Positions 45,695-58,668 of a DNA stretch of 64,000 bases are shown here, piece after piece. The DNA lies in NCBI GenBank assembly GCA_026770705.1, contig JANJGN010000014.1, positions 18,042,001-18,106,000 on the forward strand, given 5' to 3'. The notes beneath the pieces were generated by a model. That model saw nothing but the letters and a program-made list of their open reading frames with translations. It made no database searches and had not been told where the DNA came from. The first letter of the stretch is position 1. The number at the start of each line of letters is the position of its first letter. Source of the DNA: Isurus oxyrinchus. Lineage: Eukaryota. A program made the position numbers and the translations under genes.

Positions 45695-47830
45695 AGTTTG
45701 TCAGCTGTCCCTTGATTCAAGGATGACATCTCCTCAGGATCGTGAGTTTAAGCTGATTTTTGACCTGCAGATCTTTGGGCACATGGGGCAAGACATCTCA
45801 TGAGATAGTGGCATCCAGAGTGTGGGATTTGCTTCCCTTTCTTTCCTTCTCCGCTGCTCTGCCTCATCATTGAGGCATTGGGACTTGAATCGTGATGCCG
45901 CTTGATGGACAAGTTGTTGTCACTCTGAGCGATTGGTATCAAGCTTTAACCATTCATTAATGTCAATGCTGCTGTGCTTCAGGGAGAGCTTCAGAGTGTC
46001 TTTGAAGTGTTTCCTTTGTCCTCCAGTAGAACGTTGGCCATTTGAGAGTTGAGAGAACAGGATCAGGCGGGGGAGGAACTTTTTGGCCATCCGGCATAGT
46101 GTCCAGTCCGTCAAACTTGATTTTTCCGGAGTTTTGTCTGAACGCTTGTGGAGCTGGCTTCAAGAAAGACACTAGAGTTTATTTGATGGCCCTCCGATTG
46201 AATCTGGAGGATGCAGCAGAGGCATTGCTGATGGAATTTCCCTACCACTCTTACATAGATACACAGTCCAGGTCTCACTGCAGTACAGGAGTGTGGTGAC
46301 AACAACTGCTCTTCTCACTAGGACTTTTGTTGACTCGCAGAGGTCTTTGTTGTTAAACCATTTCTGCTGCTGTTTATGGAAGGCTGAGCTGGCACAGCTG
46401 ACTCAGTGTTGGTTCTCCTCGGCAATGGTGGCCTTTTGAGAGAGGTGACTGTCGAGGTATGGGAAGTGCTCAACATTTTCAACATATATGGGTGGTGGAA
46501 TATTGGGCTGACCTGGTGCAGGTTGATATATGAGTTCTCTTTTGGCAACATTCAAGGACAAGTTAGTTTCTTTTTTGCAGAATTGAAGAAATCAAGAGTG
46601 GCTTGCAAATCTGGTGCAGAGTTCACAACAACTCTCCAGTCATCTGCACACTGTAGATCATGTATGTCTATAGTGGTCAGCTTAGTTTTGGCACAGAGCC
46701 GACTGAGGTTAAAGAGTTTTCCATCTAGATGGTATTTAATATAGACACCAGAGGGCAGTTGGCCTTTGATGAGGCAAAAAGCCACTGCCAGGTAGATTGT
46801 GAATATTATGGGGGCTATCACACAGCCCTGCTTGATACTGGTTCAAATTTTGAAGCTGCCTGTTTCAGATCTCCCACTCAAGGCAGTTGTGGATAAATCA
46901 TCATGAAGCTATTGTGGGAATGTGACAAAGCTCTTTGGAGCACGATCCACAGAGTCTTGTGATTTACTGAGTCAAATGCTTTGGTCAGGTCAGTGAATGT
47001 GTTGAAGAGTTTTGGTGGTGTTCTTACCATTTTCCGCAGATTTGTTTTGCAAAAAAAAACTATGTTGGAATTTCCTGTGGAAGGTCTAAAGCCACACGTT
47101 GTTTCTGGCCTCAACCACAGAAAGAAAGCATCTCAGGGTTTTTCCTGCTATGGACAAAAAGGCTGAGAGAGTTCCCACAGTGTGCTGTAGCTCCCCTCTT
47201 GAAGATAGTTACTATTGTCACATTCCTGAAGTCTGGGCAGTGGGGGTGGCAAAGAGTTCTTTCTCCTCCCAAATCTGCAGGATGAGTGCCTGGAGTTTTA
47301 ATGTGAGCAAAAGTCCGTCAGCTTTGAGGACCTCAGCTGGAACACCATTGGAGCAGCAGGTTTTGTTGTTTTTCATCTTCTTGGTTGCTTGTTGCAGCTC
47401 TCCCCTCGATGGTGGGCCACCCATGGATTCTAGCACAGGCACTGGGGGATAACCTGGGGAGTATCCACTGCCACTGTGGATCTACAGTTGAGTTATTCAA
47501 AACGTACTTACCAGCACTGACGAATGGCATTGTCACCCTTAAGAGGAGAAACACCATCTTGTGAGCGAAGAGGATTTTGCCCATTTGATCTTGGCTATTG
47601 ATGGCGCTAGTGGCTTCATAGGAGCTTTGCGTGTCATGATAGTCAGCGTGTTGTTGGATCTCTCAGGCTTTCTCTTCCCACCACATGCCCCTTTATCATC
47701 TGGGTTTGTCTTTGGGCATCAGCCTCGAGTCACTGGAATGCCGCCTCTTGGCATGTGACCCAGGCAAGAAAGGCTGCTTGTTTTCATTCCAGGAAGTCAC
47801 ATCTTTCAGCATTGTTTTTGTCTAACTAGC
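45695..47830 (-). mobile_element. RTE LINE 3' half, decayed
   Basis: PETTCGFRP, FTDLTKAFDSVNH, GKLFNLSRL, GGQRKHFKDTLK. Confidence 0.82.
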
Positions 47831-48819
47831 CCTGGTGACGATGATGCTCAAATCCAAAGATCTGGCACAAGAGTCTAGTACAGCTGACTTTATTTAATCC
47901 CAATGTTCTGCAAATGAGTTGGATGTGCAAAGATCTTCCAGATTGGTCATGTGTTGCACTTGGAATTCTTTCGTTCACTCGGAGAGTAAACACTTCAGAA
48001 CATACTAAACAATGGAGATTAAATAGTATATGACCCATATCACATGGCCAATATACTTTCTAGCATACCCTGGAGTTAGTTCTGGGCTGGAATGTATTTG
48101 AGGGTTTCAGCTGATTTATATATTAATAAGTTCCCAGGCATGATTTATGGGCAAGAATCTAATCGGACTTACACGAGAAGTTTCTACACTGGAGTGACAA
48201 AGTGGTTTTGTATTTTGACTGCCCCTGCTGAGATCAGCTGTGTGTTTAGCTGGAATTAACTCCCATCTCCTTGTCCTTAGATAAATGTTACCTTCATTTG
48301 AGCTGGGTGTGCTTGGCTTTCGGTTAATGATGGTAAATAAAGCAGCAGCAGCCAGCCTGGATTAATATTCCCCTCAAACACTCTGCCCACATCCAGGGGA
48401 AAATGGAAAGTGCTCCTCAAACGCAGAGGTGCCGAGATTAATTTCGCTGAGCACATGTGTAAATGTTTGAGGTGCGAGAGGTCACCTGGCCCTTTCCTCC
48501 TTGCCTGATGTCGCTTTGCAGGAAGTTTTAAAAAGCTGAACCATTGCGGCTTGTTAAACAGAGGAAGGTGGTCTGGTGTCACTGGGAGGGAGCAGCTATT
48601 GAACACCGGTAGCTCTCACTTCACTAACAAACCAACTGACTCCTGTCTGTCAGTGGGTAGCTGAGCTGGCAGTTCAGCAGCAGCAGTGAATGCCTCTATA
48701 AGACCAGCCCTTATACATTCAACAAGGAATTTTCACTACTGTTATGGAAAACTGGGATTAGCTTATTATTGTCCCCTCTTGCTCCCACTGGAAGATCTGG
48801 CTTTTTATATCTCCTTATT

Positions 48820-51800
48820 GCATTGAGTCATAGATTCATTTACTGCACAAAAGGGGGCAGTTCAGCTCATTGTGCCCATGCCTGCCCTCTGCAGAGCAAC
48901 GCAGTCAGTGCGATTCCCCGTAGCCTTCAAGCTTATTTCCTTCAAGTGCCCATCCAATTTCCTTTCGAAATCATTAACCCTTTCTGCTTCCACTACCCTC
49001 ATGGGCAGTGATTTTCAGGGCATTACCACTCACTACGTAAAAAATTGCTTCCACATATTTCCCCTGCCTCTCTCGTTTAAACTCTTAAATCTGTGCCCCC
49101 TCATGCTTGTACCATTAGCTAATGGGGAGCGTTTTTCCTTGTCTACCTTATCTAAGCCTGTTATAATCTTGTACACTTCTATCAAATTTCCCCTCAATCT
49201 CCTTTGCTCCAAGGAGAACAACCCAAGCCTTTTCAATCTAACTTTGTAACTAAACCCCCTCCGTCCCTGGAACCACTCTGGTAAATCTCTGCACCCTCTC
49301 AAGGACTTTCACATCTTTTTGAAAGTGTGATGACCAGAGCTGGATGCAATCCTCTAGTTGGTGTCAAACCAGAGCTTTATAAAAGTTCATCACAATGTCC
49401 CTGATATGTAATCAATGTCTCTATTTATGAAGTCCAAGATCACTCCTTCAATAATGTCCTGCCACCTGCAAAGATCAATGCATGTGCATCACCTCCTGGT
49501 CCCTCTGTTGCTGCACACTCTTTAGAATCATCTGTTAAGTCTATATTGCCTCTTCCTACACCTTCTGAAAAAATGCATCACCTCACACTTCCCTTTATTA
49601 AATTCCATCTGCTACTTGTTTATTCATTCTGTTAGTCTTTCTATGCCCTGTTGTCAGCAATTTGTATCACCTTCACAGTTTGCCACACCTCCAAGTTTGG
49701 CATCATTGACAAATTTTGAAATTTTATTCTGTATTCCAATATCCAAATCATTTGAATATATCAAAGGAAGCAGCAGGGATGGCACTGCCCCTTGTGGATC
49801 ATCAATAGCTACCACCCTCTAGTTCAAAAAACATCCATCTACCACAATGAAGATTAAAGCAAAATACTGCGGATGCTGGAAATATGAAATAGAAACAGAA
49901 AGTGCTGGAAAAAACTCAGCAGGTCTGACAGCTTCTGTGGAGAGAGAAACAGAGTTAACGTTTTGAGTGCACTCTGAAGAAGAATCGTGCGGACTCGAAA
50001 TGTTAAACTCCAGTTCTCTCTCCACAAGACATTGCCAGGCCTGCTGAGTTTTTCCAGCATTTTCTTTTTTTATTTCATCTACCACAACTTGTTGCTTTCT
50101 GTCCTTAAGCCAATTTTTTTTATCCATTTGAACACTGACCCTCCTCAATTCCATAGCCCTGATTTTGTTAACCAGCCTTTTATGTGGAATTTCATCAATG
50201 CTTTTTAAAATCCATATAGACAACGTCCACTGAATTCCCTTTATCAACCTTTTATTACTTCATCAAAAAAGTCAATTAGATTAGTCAAGTACAATTTCCT
50301 TTTTACAAATCCATGCTGGCTCTCCTTTGTTAACTCAAACCTCGCCAAGTGCCTGTTGATTTGTTTCCCCTGAATATGAATTCCAAAACCTTACCCACCG
50401 CTGATGTTAAACTACTGGCCTGTAGTTACTTGGATTGTCCTTGTACCCTTTATGAATAAGGGTGTCACATTTGTCACTCTTCGATCTTCTGGTACCTCCC
50501 CACACCTAGGGGAGTTTAAAAGTTTAAGGTAAGCCCTTTTGCTATCTCCACCCCACTTCCTTTAACAACCTGGGATACAAGCCATCCAGGCCAGGTGACT
50601 TATCTACCCTAAGCATAGCCAGCCTTTCCAGTACCTCCTCCCTTTCAGTTTTCATGCTCTCCACTGCCTCCACTATATCCGCTTCTACCAATATTTTATC
50701 AGATTCGTCTTCTTTAGTAAACACCAATACAGAGAGCTTGTTAAGTATTCCAGCCTTACCCTGTGCCTCTGAGCATGTATCACCCTCGTTGTCCCTAAAA
50801 AGACCCACTCCATCACTGACTATCACTATTGCTGGTAGAGGATTTTTGGGTTTCTTTTATATTAACTGCCATTCTCTTCTCATTCTCTATCTTTGCCAAT
50901 CTTGTTTTCCTCTTCACCTCCCTCTCAACCTTATTGTATTTGACCTGGTTCTCACTTGAAGCATTCACCTGATATGCATCATACACCCTCCTTTTTTGTT
51001 TCATCATGACCCCTATCTTCATTGTCATCCAGCAAGCCCTGTTTTTGGCTCCTTTACCTTTGTTGGAATGTACCTAGCTTGTACCTGAAGCATCTCTTCC
51101 TTAAAGATCAATCACCCATCGTTCCGTTACAGCACCTCCTGGCAGTCTTTGGTTCCATTTTACTCTAGCTAGAACCCTACTTATTGCATTGAAATTAGCC
51201 CTCTTCCAAATTAGAAGTTCTACATTACTAATCTAAACCTTACGATATGCTGATCACTGTTATCCAATTGCTCCTCCACAGACTCTAGGCCCATCTCAGT
51301 TCCCAGTACCAGATCCAGCCATGCCTCCTTTCTAGTTAGAGTCATAGAGCCATGGAGGCCTACAGTACAGAAAAAGGCCCTTCAGTCCATCGAGTCTGCA
51401 CCAGTCAAACAAGCCTAACTATTCTAATCCCATTTTCCAGCACTAGGCCCATAGCCTTGTATGCCATGGCATCGCAAGTGCACACCCAAATACTTCTTAA
51501 ATGTTATGAGGGTTTCTGCCTCCACCACCCTTTCAGGCAGTGAGTTCCAGATTCCCACCACCCTCTGGGTGAAAAATTCTTCCTCACATCCCCTCTAAAC
51601 CTCCTGCCCCTTACCTTAAATCTATGCCCCCTGGTTATTAATCCCTCCACCAAGGGGAAAAGTTCCTTCTTGTCTACTCTATCTACGCCCCTCATAATTT
51701 TATATGCCTCAATCATGCCCCCCTCCCCCCCCCCCCAATCTCCTTTGCTCCAGGGAAAATAACCCCAGTCTATCCAATCTCCTCTCATAACTAAAACTTT

Positions 51801-54800
51801 CCAGCCCAGGCAACATCCTGGTAAATCTCCTCTGCACTCTCTCTAGTGCAATCTCATCCTTCCTATAATGCGGATTCCAGAAGTGCATGCAATACTCTAG
51901 CTGTGGCCTAACCAGCATTTTATACAGTTCCAGCATAACCACCCTGCTCTTATATTCTATGCCTCAACTAATAAAGGCAAGTATCCCATATGCCTTCTTA
52001 ACCACCTTATTGACCTGTCCTGCTACCTTAAGGGACTGGTGGACATGCACACCAAGGTCCTTCTGATCCTCGGTACTTCCCAGGGTCCTACCATTCATTG
52101 TGTATTCCCGTGCCTTGTTTGTCCTGCCCAAGTGCATCACCTCACACTTATCCGGATTAAATTCCATTTGCCACTGATCAGCCCATCTGACTAGTCCGTC
52201 TATATCTTCCTGTAATCTAAGGTTATCCTCCTCACTATTTACTACCCCACCAATTTTCATGTCATCTGTGAACTTACTGATCAATCCTCCTATATTCAAG
52301 TCTAAAACGTTTATATGTACCACAAACATCAAGGGACCCAATACTGATCCCTGTGGAACTCCATTGGACACAGACATCCAGTCACAAAAACACCCTCCAC
52401 CATCACCCTCTGCTTCCTGCCACTCAGCCAATTCTGGATCCTATTTACCAAATTGCCTTGGATCCCATGGGCTCTTACCTTCGTTATCAGTCTCCCATGC
52501 GGGACCTCATCAAAAGCCTTGCTGCAGTCCAAGTACACTACATCAAATGCATTGCCCTCATCTAAACACTTGGTCACCTCTTTGAAAAATTCAATCAAAT
52601 TGGTCAGACGTGACCTCCCCTTAACAAAACCATGCTGACTGTCCTAGATTAATCCCTGCCTCTCCAAGTGTAGATTAATTCTGTCCCTCAGAATTGCTTC
52701 CAATAGTTTCCCCACCACTGAGGTTAGACTGACTGGCCCGTAGTTCCCTGGTTTATCCCTTCCCCCCTTCTTGAATAATGGTACCACATTGGCTGTCCTC
52801 CAGTCCCCTGGCACCTCTCCTGTGGCCAGGGAGGTATTGAAAATTATTGCCAGCACCCCTGCTATCTCTCCCCTTTGCCTCACTTAACAGCCTGGGATAC
52901 ATTTCATCCGGGCCTGGAGAGTTATCTACTTTTAAGCCTGTCAGACCACTTAGAACCTCCTCCCTTTCTATGCTAATTTCTTTAATTATATCACAGTCCT
53001 TCTGCTTGATTTCCATACCCACGTCGTCCATCTCACTTGTGAACCCTACCTACATCTTCTGGCTCCACACACAAATTACCACTATGGTCCTTAATGGGCC
53101 CTATTCTTTCCTTAGTTATCCTCTTACTCTTAATGTACTTGTAAAATAACTTTGTATTTTCCTTTATTTTACCTGCCAATGGTTTTTCATGCCCCCTTTT
53201 TGCTCTCCTAATTTCCTTTTTAAGTTCCCCCCCTACACATTCTATAGTCCTCTTAAGATCCTGCTGTTCTGAGCCCTCGGTGTCTGCCATAAGCCTCCCC
53301 TTTTCTCTTTATCCAATCCTGTATATCCCTCGACATCCAGGGTTCCTTAGATTTGTTGGTCCCACCCTTTGTCTTTTCTAGAATATGTTGGCCCTGTACT
53401 CTCCCTATTTCCTTCTTGAATGAGTCTCACTGCTCTAACACAGATTTACCTAAAAGTAGCTGCTCCCAGTTCACTCTGGCCAAATCATATCTGATCTTAT
53501 TAAAATCGGCTTCCCCCCATTTAGAACTCTGATTTCTGTCCCACCCTTGTCCTTTTCTATAACAACCTTGAATCTAACGGGGTTATGATCACTATCAGAA
53601 AATGCTCCCCCACTGATACCTCCACCACTTGCCCAGCTTCATTCCCTAAAATTAAGTCCAGGACCACCCCCTCTCTTGCAGGACCTTCTACGTAAAGTTT
53701 AAAAAGCTCTCCTGGATGCATTTTAAGAATTCCACTCCGTCTAAACCTATCACACTATGACTAAACCAGTTAATGTTGGGGAAGTTGAAATCCCCCACGA
53801 TTACTACCCTATTATTTTTACACTTTTCTGAAATTTGCCTACATATCTGCTCTTCTATTTCTCTCTGACTGTTTGGGGGCCTATAGTACACTCCCAGCAA
53901 TGTGATTGCTCCTTTTTTGTTTATCAGTTCTACCTATATGGCTTCATTTGAGGAGTCTTCTAAGATCTCATCCCTCCTTACTGCTGTAATTGATTCCTTG
54001 ATGAATATTGCGATAACCCCTCCTCTATTACCTCCTTCCCTGATTGAGAATGTACTGACCAAGGAAGTTCACCAGAACACCTTTCAGAAATCATTTCCCA
54101 TCCCGCAAACATCACCCCTCCTTAGTCTTTACTCTAACATTATCCCAATTGATATTTGGGCAAATAAAGTCCCCTAATATCACCACTCTACAGTTTCATG
54201 TTTCCCTGCAGATTTGTTCCATCTCTCTCTCTCTCTCTGTCACTGTTTGGAGGTCTATAGAGTGCCCTAAGTAGCGTGATCTTAGCTTTTTTTTTGCTTC
54301 TTTGTTCCAACCAAATGGATTCTGTCCTTGCCCCTTCAAGGACATCCGTTCTTTCCAACACTACATGTCTTCCTTAATCAGTACTGCCACCCCACCTCTC
54401 ATTTTTCTTTCTCTATTTTTTCTGAACACTTTATATTCTTGAATATGAAGCACCCAGTGCTCACCACTTTTAAGCCACATTTCTATTATTGCCACTACAT
54501 TGCATTCCCACATGGTTATTTCTGCTTGTAGCACACCGACCTTATTCACCATACTTTGTGCCTTTGTGTGCAACCATTGTGATCCTGTTTTTGCATTCCT
54601 CATGGTCCTTCTTGTCTAATATGGTCCTACTTCTGTCTCTGGTACTCTCACTTTATACACCTTATTCCTCTTTTCTGCTTCTAGATGCCGCTGCCCATTC
54701 CCTTGCCAATTTAGTTTGAACTCTCCCCAACACACCAGCCAAGCTCCCTGCAAGGACATTGGTCTCAGTCCTGTTGAGGTGCAACTCATCCCTTTTGAAT

Positions 54801-55500
54801 AGGTGCCATCTGTCCCAGATCTGGTCCCAGTGCCCCAAGAACCTGAAGCTAATCCTCCTGCACCATGCCTCAAGCTGCGCACTGATCCTTCCTATTTCTA
54901 TTCTGGCGAATGAATGGCACTGAGAGTAAATCCAGAGATTAATATCTCAGACCCCCTACTTATTAACTTCCTCCCCAGCTTCTGAAAACCTGACCTTAGG
55001 ACCTTAAATGCCGCCTGCTCTATGTCACTCGTATCACAACTTCTGGCTCATATTCTGCACCCTCTCTGCAATGTCCTTGATCTTAGCACCAGGGAGGCAA
55101 CACACCATGCAGGACTCACGAAGGCAGTTACAGAAATGCCTGTCTGTCTCCCTGTGCATGGAATCTCCGATAACAGCTGCATTTCAATGCTTTGCTGTTC
55201 CCTCCTGTATAGTCTCTTGCCCATTGTTTCCATGGTCTGGGCTGCACTCCTTCAGGGTATTGGCACATCCAGCACTCTCTAACACTGAGTGTCTGTTTGA
55301 GACTGGCACACGCCCTGAAGACTCCTGCACTTCCTGCCTTTTCCTACTCTTTTGGATGGTCACCCATCTACTATCCTGACCTCTCACTGCCTGTGAAGTG
55401 ACCACCCCCTGGAATGGAGGAAACTCCCATCCTCCCTGATGCTCTGCAGCGTGACTCCAGCTGCTCCTCAAGCTTGGAAATCCTGAGCTTAAGCTGGAAC
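48820..55500 (-). mobile_element. Old CR1 (48820-51335 and 54040-55500, including ORF1 esterase remnant) interrupted by a younger CR1 (about 51338-54040)
   Basis: Two CR1 3' tails (about 48820 and 51340); RT/EN motifs GVPQGSVLGP, FTDD, YRPPN, GDFNFP; ORF1 remnant PVSNRHSVL. Confidence 0.85.
49848..50075. mobile_element. Miniature inverted Penelope-derived element with canonical hammerhead core (49974-50004)
   Basis: Minus arm 49848-49970 and plus arm 49974-50075; CTGAAGA-AGAATC..GACTC-GAAAT-GTT; TSD CATCTACCACAA at 49836-49847 and 50076-50087. Confidence 0.85.
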
Positions 55501-55544
55501 ATCTCTTAGAAACATCTCAAAGTGTGTTACACAAAGAACTAAAA

Positions 55545-56280
55545 TATTGATTTGCATTTATATAGTGCCTTCCATGACCGTGGGACATCCTAAAGTGCTT
55601 TACAGCCAATGAAGTATTTTTGCAGCGTAAACACTGTTGTGATGGAGAAAATGTGGCAATGCCATAAATGACCATTAAACCTGCTTACGGCATTGGTATT
55701 TGAGGGATGAATGTTGGCCAGGACACAAGAGAGCTTTTGGGTCTTCTTTGAATAATATTGTGAGACCATAATTCGCCTGCCTGTACCATTGAATCAGTTT
55801 AATGTCTCATTTGAAGGATGGTAACTCCAACAATTCGACATATCCTCAGCACTACAAATCATGTCCTTAAATCCTAGTGTGGGCCTTTACCCTCAAGCTC
55901 TGACCTGGAGGCAACCTGCAGAACAACAGTCAACAGGGACAGAAGACATTCTTGATAAACTTTTTCGGGGTGGGATGTTAAACTGAGGTTTGGTCTGCTC
56001 ACTTAAGAGGATGTAAAAAAATCCCATTGCATTAGTTTGAAGAGGAGCAGGGGAGTTCTCCCCGGTGTCCTGGCCAATATTTATCCCTCAGTCAATATCA
56101 CTAAAACAGATTATCTGGTCGTTGTCACACTGCTGTTTGTGGGAGCTTGTAGTGTGTAAATGGTCTGCTGCAGTTCCCACTTCACAAAAGTGTCAACACT
56201 TCCAAAATTCTGCATTGGCTGGAAAGGGATATCCTGAGGTTGTGAAAGGTGCTATCTAAATGCAAGTCTTTCTTTCCTTT
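55545..56280. mobile_element. Two Deu-type SINE copies, head-to-head (55545-55910 minus; 55965-56280 plus)
   Basis: Homology to 31600-32040. Confidence 0.65.
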
Positions 56281-57689
56281 TTTACAATATCTGAGAGGGC
56301 CCATCTTACAACTGCTCAAACACTTGGACCTTTCCATTATAAAAGAGGTAGCACTTCCCCTTCAGCAGCCTGGCCAATGTCCATTATCACATTGGATGTC
56401 CTCAAACTGGATTCCACGGAGGTTCTGTCTTTTGTTACTTTTGTTTCTCTCTGTAGGATGATGCACTCTCTTTCAAACAAGCAGACTGCAGCATTTGGGT
56501 TTGTCAGTGATGATTATGCCGCCCACATAAAGAAATCTTGTTTCTAGTAACGAAAACCCCCTCCCCACCTTCTTATTGGAGCAGGAACATGAAACAAAAA
56601 ATTATCTCAAGAGCCCAGTGGGAGAGCAGGACTTTTAAACAACTTAAAAGCAGACAAATTATATCGAGAGTAAGGTGCTCACCAACAGCACTTAATCCTT
56701 TTATCCGAAAGAAAATGGTCAGATTGCGTAGAAAGAGAAAAAGAGACTTTGATTGGAGTTCCCTTGTGAGAGAGAATATTCTCATGCAAATCTTTACTTA
56801 GGTCATCTCACAGAGAGCTAGGAAAAGGAGGCAGTGAAAGTGAATTGACGCAGGGATACACAGGCCAACCTTAACACACTTTCTATTGGCCAAAGCAATT
56901 TGTGACCATTCAATGAGTCATCTTGTTGACGTCTGTCAGTGCAATATCTAGATGACTGTTCAGCATGACTCAAGGGTCAAACAGTACTCTTGTTCTCGTA
57001 TTCACCATAGATAATACTTCAGCTTCAAAATCCTCAAGAGACAGGATAGCAACAAGCCGTCTCTGTTGTATCTGTCAAGCACAATGAACCTGGATTGGCT
57101 CGGGTCTTCCTCCGTACATAGCCTCCTCAAACCCTACAACGCCCTTGCTCATGTCTACCCAGCAGTCCCATAGTTTGTTGCCAGCCCCACCTTGGGCTCC
57201 TCCCTCATGACCATTCCCTCCAACACTAGCCAAATCCCAGGATTAACCTGACTTTATCCCCATGGACCTGGTGAGCTGCCTCTGGGCCTTGATTGATGTC
57301 CATAGTGGGCCAGCGATTGGCAAATAAGGCCTCATGCCCAATATTGGGCGAGTCTTGGGCCCAGGTCTCTTAGTGCTGTTCCAGGCACCGTTTATTCAGG
57401 CCTAAAAATGGGCTGCTATGAATTTCTGACTCTCTGTGTAAATTGTGACTAAAGAAATGGAAGAAGAAATCTGCAGTCAGCATACAAGAGATGAGTAGAA
57501 ATAACATAATCATTGTTTTGGGAGATTTTAATCCCGTTACAGAAAGGGACCAAATGGAGAAAAGGGTATGGAATTCCTAAAATATGCACAGGATTCCTTC
57601 CTTGAACAGCATAGTTGGCCTAAAATGACAGAAGTGCTGCTAGATCTGTTTGTGAGTAATGAAATAGTCAGACGGTAGTAATACTGATC

Positions 57690-58040
57690 AGCCTAAGGGC
57701 AGGTCCTTTGCTCAGTTCTCCACGCCTCACAGTCCTCAATTGTTCATATTTCCCATTTTCAATTTCATGTGGACTAACAGTGTCATTCTCTTTCTCCCTC
57801 TTGGTCTATATCCCTCTAATCTTCCTTCAAACTCCTCCTTCAGCAAGTTCTCCTGGTGAATCAAAGCTTGTTGCCTTTTCTTGATGGTATTTGCTAATGA
57901 TCTTTGCTCCTCCGCCATTCTGAGGACTTCTCCATTGCTCTTCAACTTTCTAATCTTTGGCTGTCCGCATTTCTCAAGGTCCACATTTCAGTCCCATGCA
58001 ACCAGTCACAGCCTTGATAATTGTTTCCTTGAGATCTCTT
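57690..58040 (-). mobile_element. RTE-type LINE 3' fragment within an old CR1 endonuclease remnant
   Basis: NGEVLRM...EGRLEGYRPRGRKR C-terminal motif; flanking GDFN...FLEQH CR1 endonuclease remnant at 57440-57690. Confidence 0.55.
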
Positions 58041-58668
58041 TTTTTGTACTTTCCTGAGGTGTGGGGTGTTGCTGGCAAGGACGGCATTTGTTGCCCCATC
58101 TATAATTGTCCTTGAACTGAATGGCTTGCTAGGCCATTTAGAGGGCCACTTTGCTCAGCGTCTGGATGGCATTAGTGAATCAAATGGGTTTTTACACATA
58201 GTTGCCATGGTCACTTTCAATTCCAGATTTATTAATCGAATTTAAATTTCATCAGCTGCCTTGGTAGGGTTTGAGCACATGTCCCAGAGGTTTAGCCTGG
58301 GCCTCTGGATTACTTGTCCAGTGACACCACTGTCTCCCTATTCTACTCTACTCATTCCCATGTGAAGCAACTCTTCATGTTAGTCAGGTGGATGAAGTAA
58401 ATATTAGTGAGCACCTTGGGAATACTGACCACAATAAAAGGCTTCAGATAAAACCAGGAGGGGGGGAAAGTCAGTACAAAACCTAAAACACCGGATTAGA
58501 AAGGGCAAGAATTCAGAAAAATTGAGAAACTGGCACATCAGATCAGAGCACAACAATAGCATGTTTTCAGAAGAAAAGAAATTGTAAAGGTACAGAATAA
58601 GTATGAAGTAAAAACTGGTAATATTCAGCAGGTCAGGCAGTATCCATAGAGAGAGAAACAGAGTTAAC

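Noticed and set aside
37253-56791. Immunoglobulin/TCR locus suggested by octamer motifs and CACAGTG heptamers
   Set aside because: No V/J/C-like frames, and no heptamer with a properly spaced nonamer was seen; most heptamers lie within TEs.
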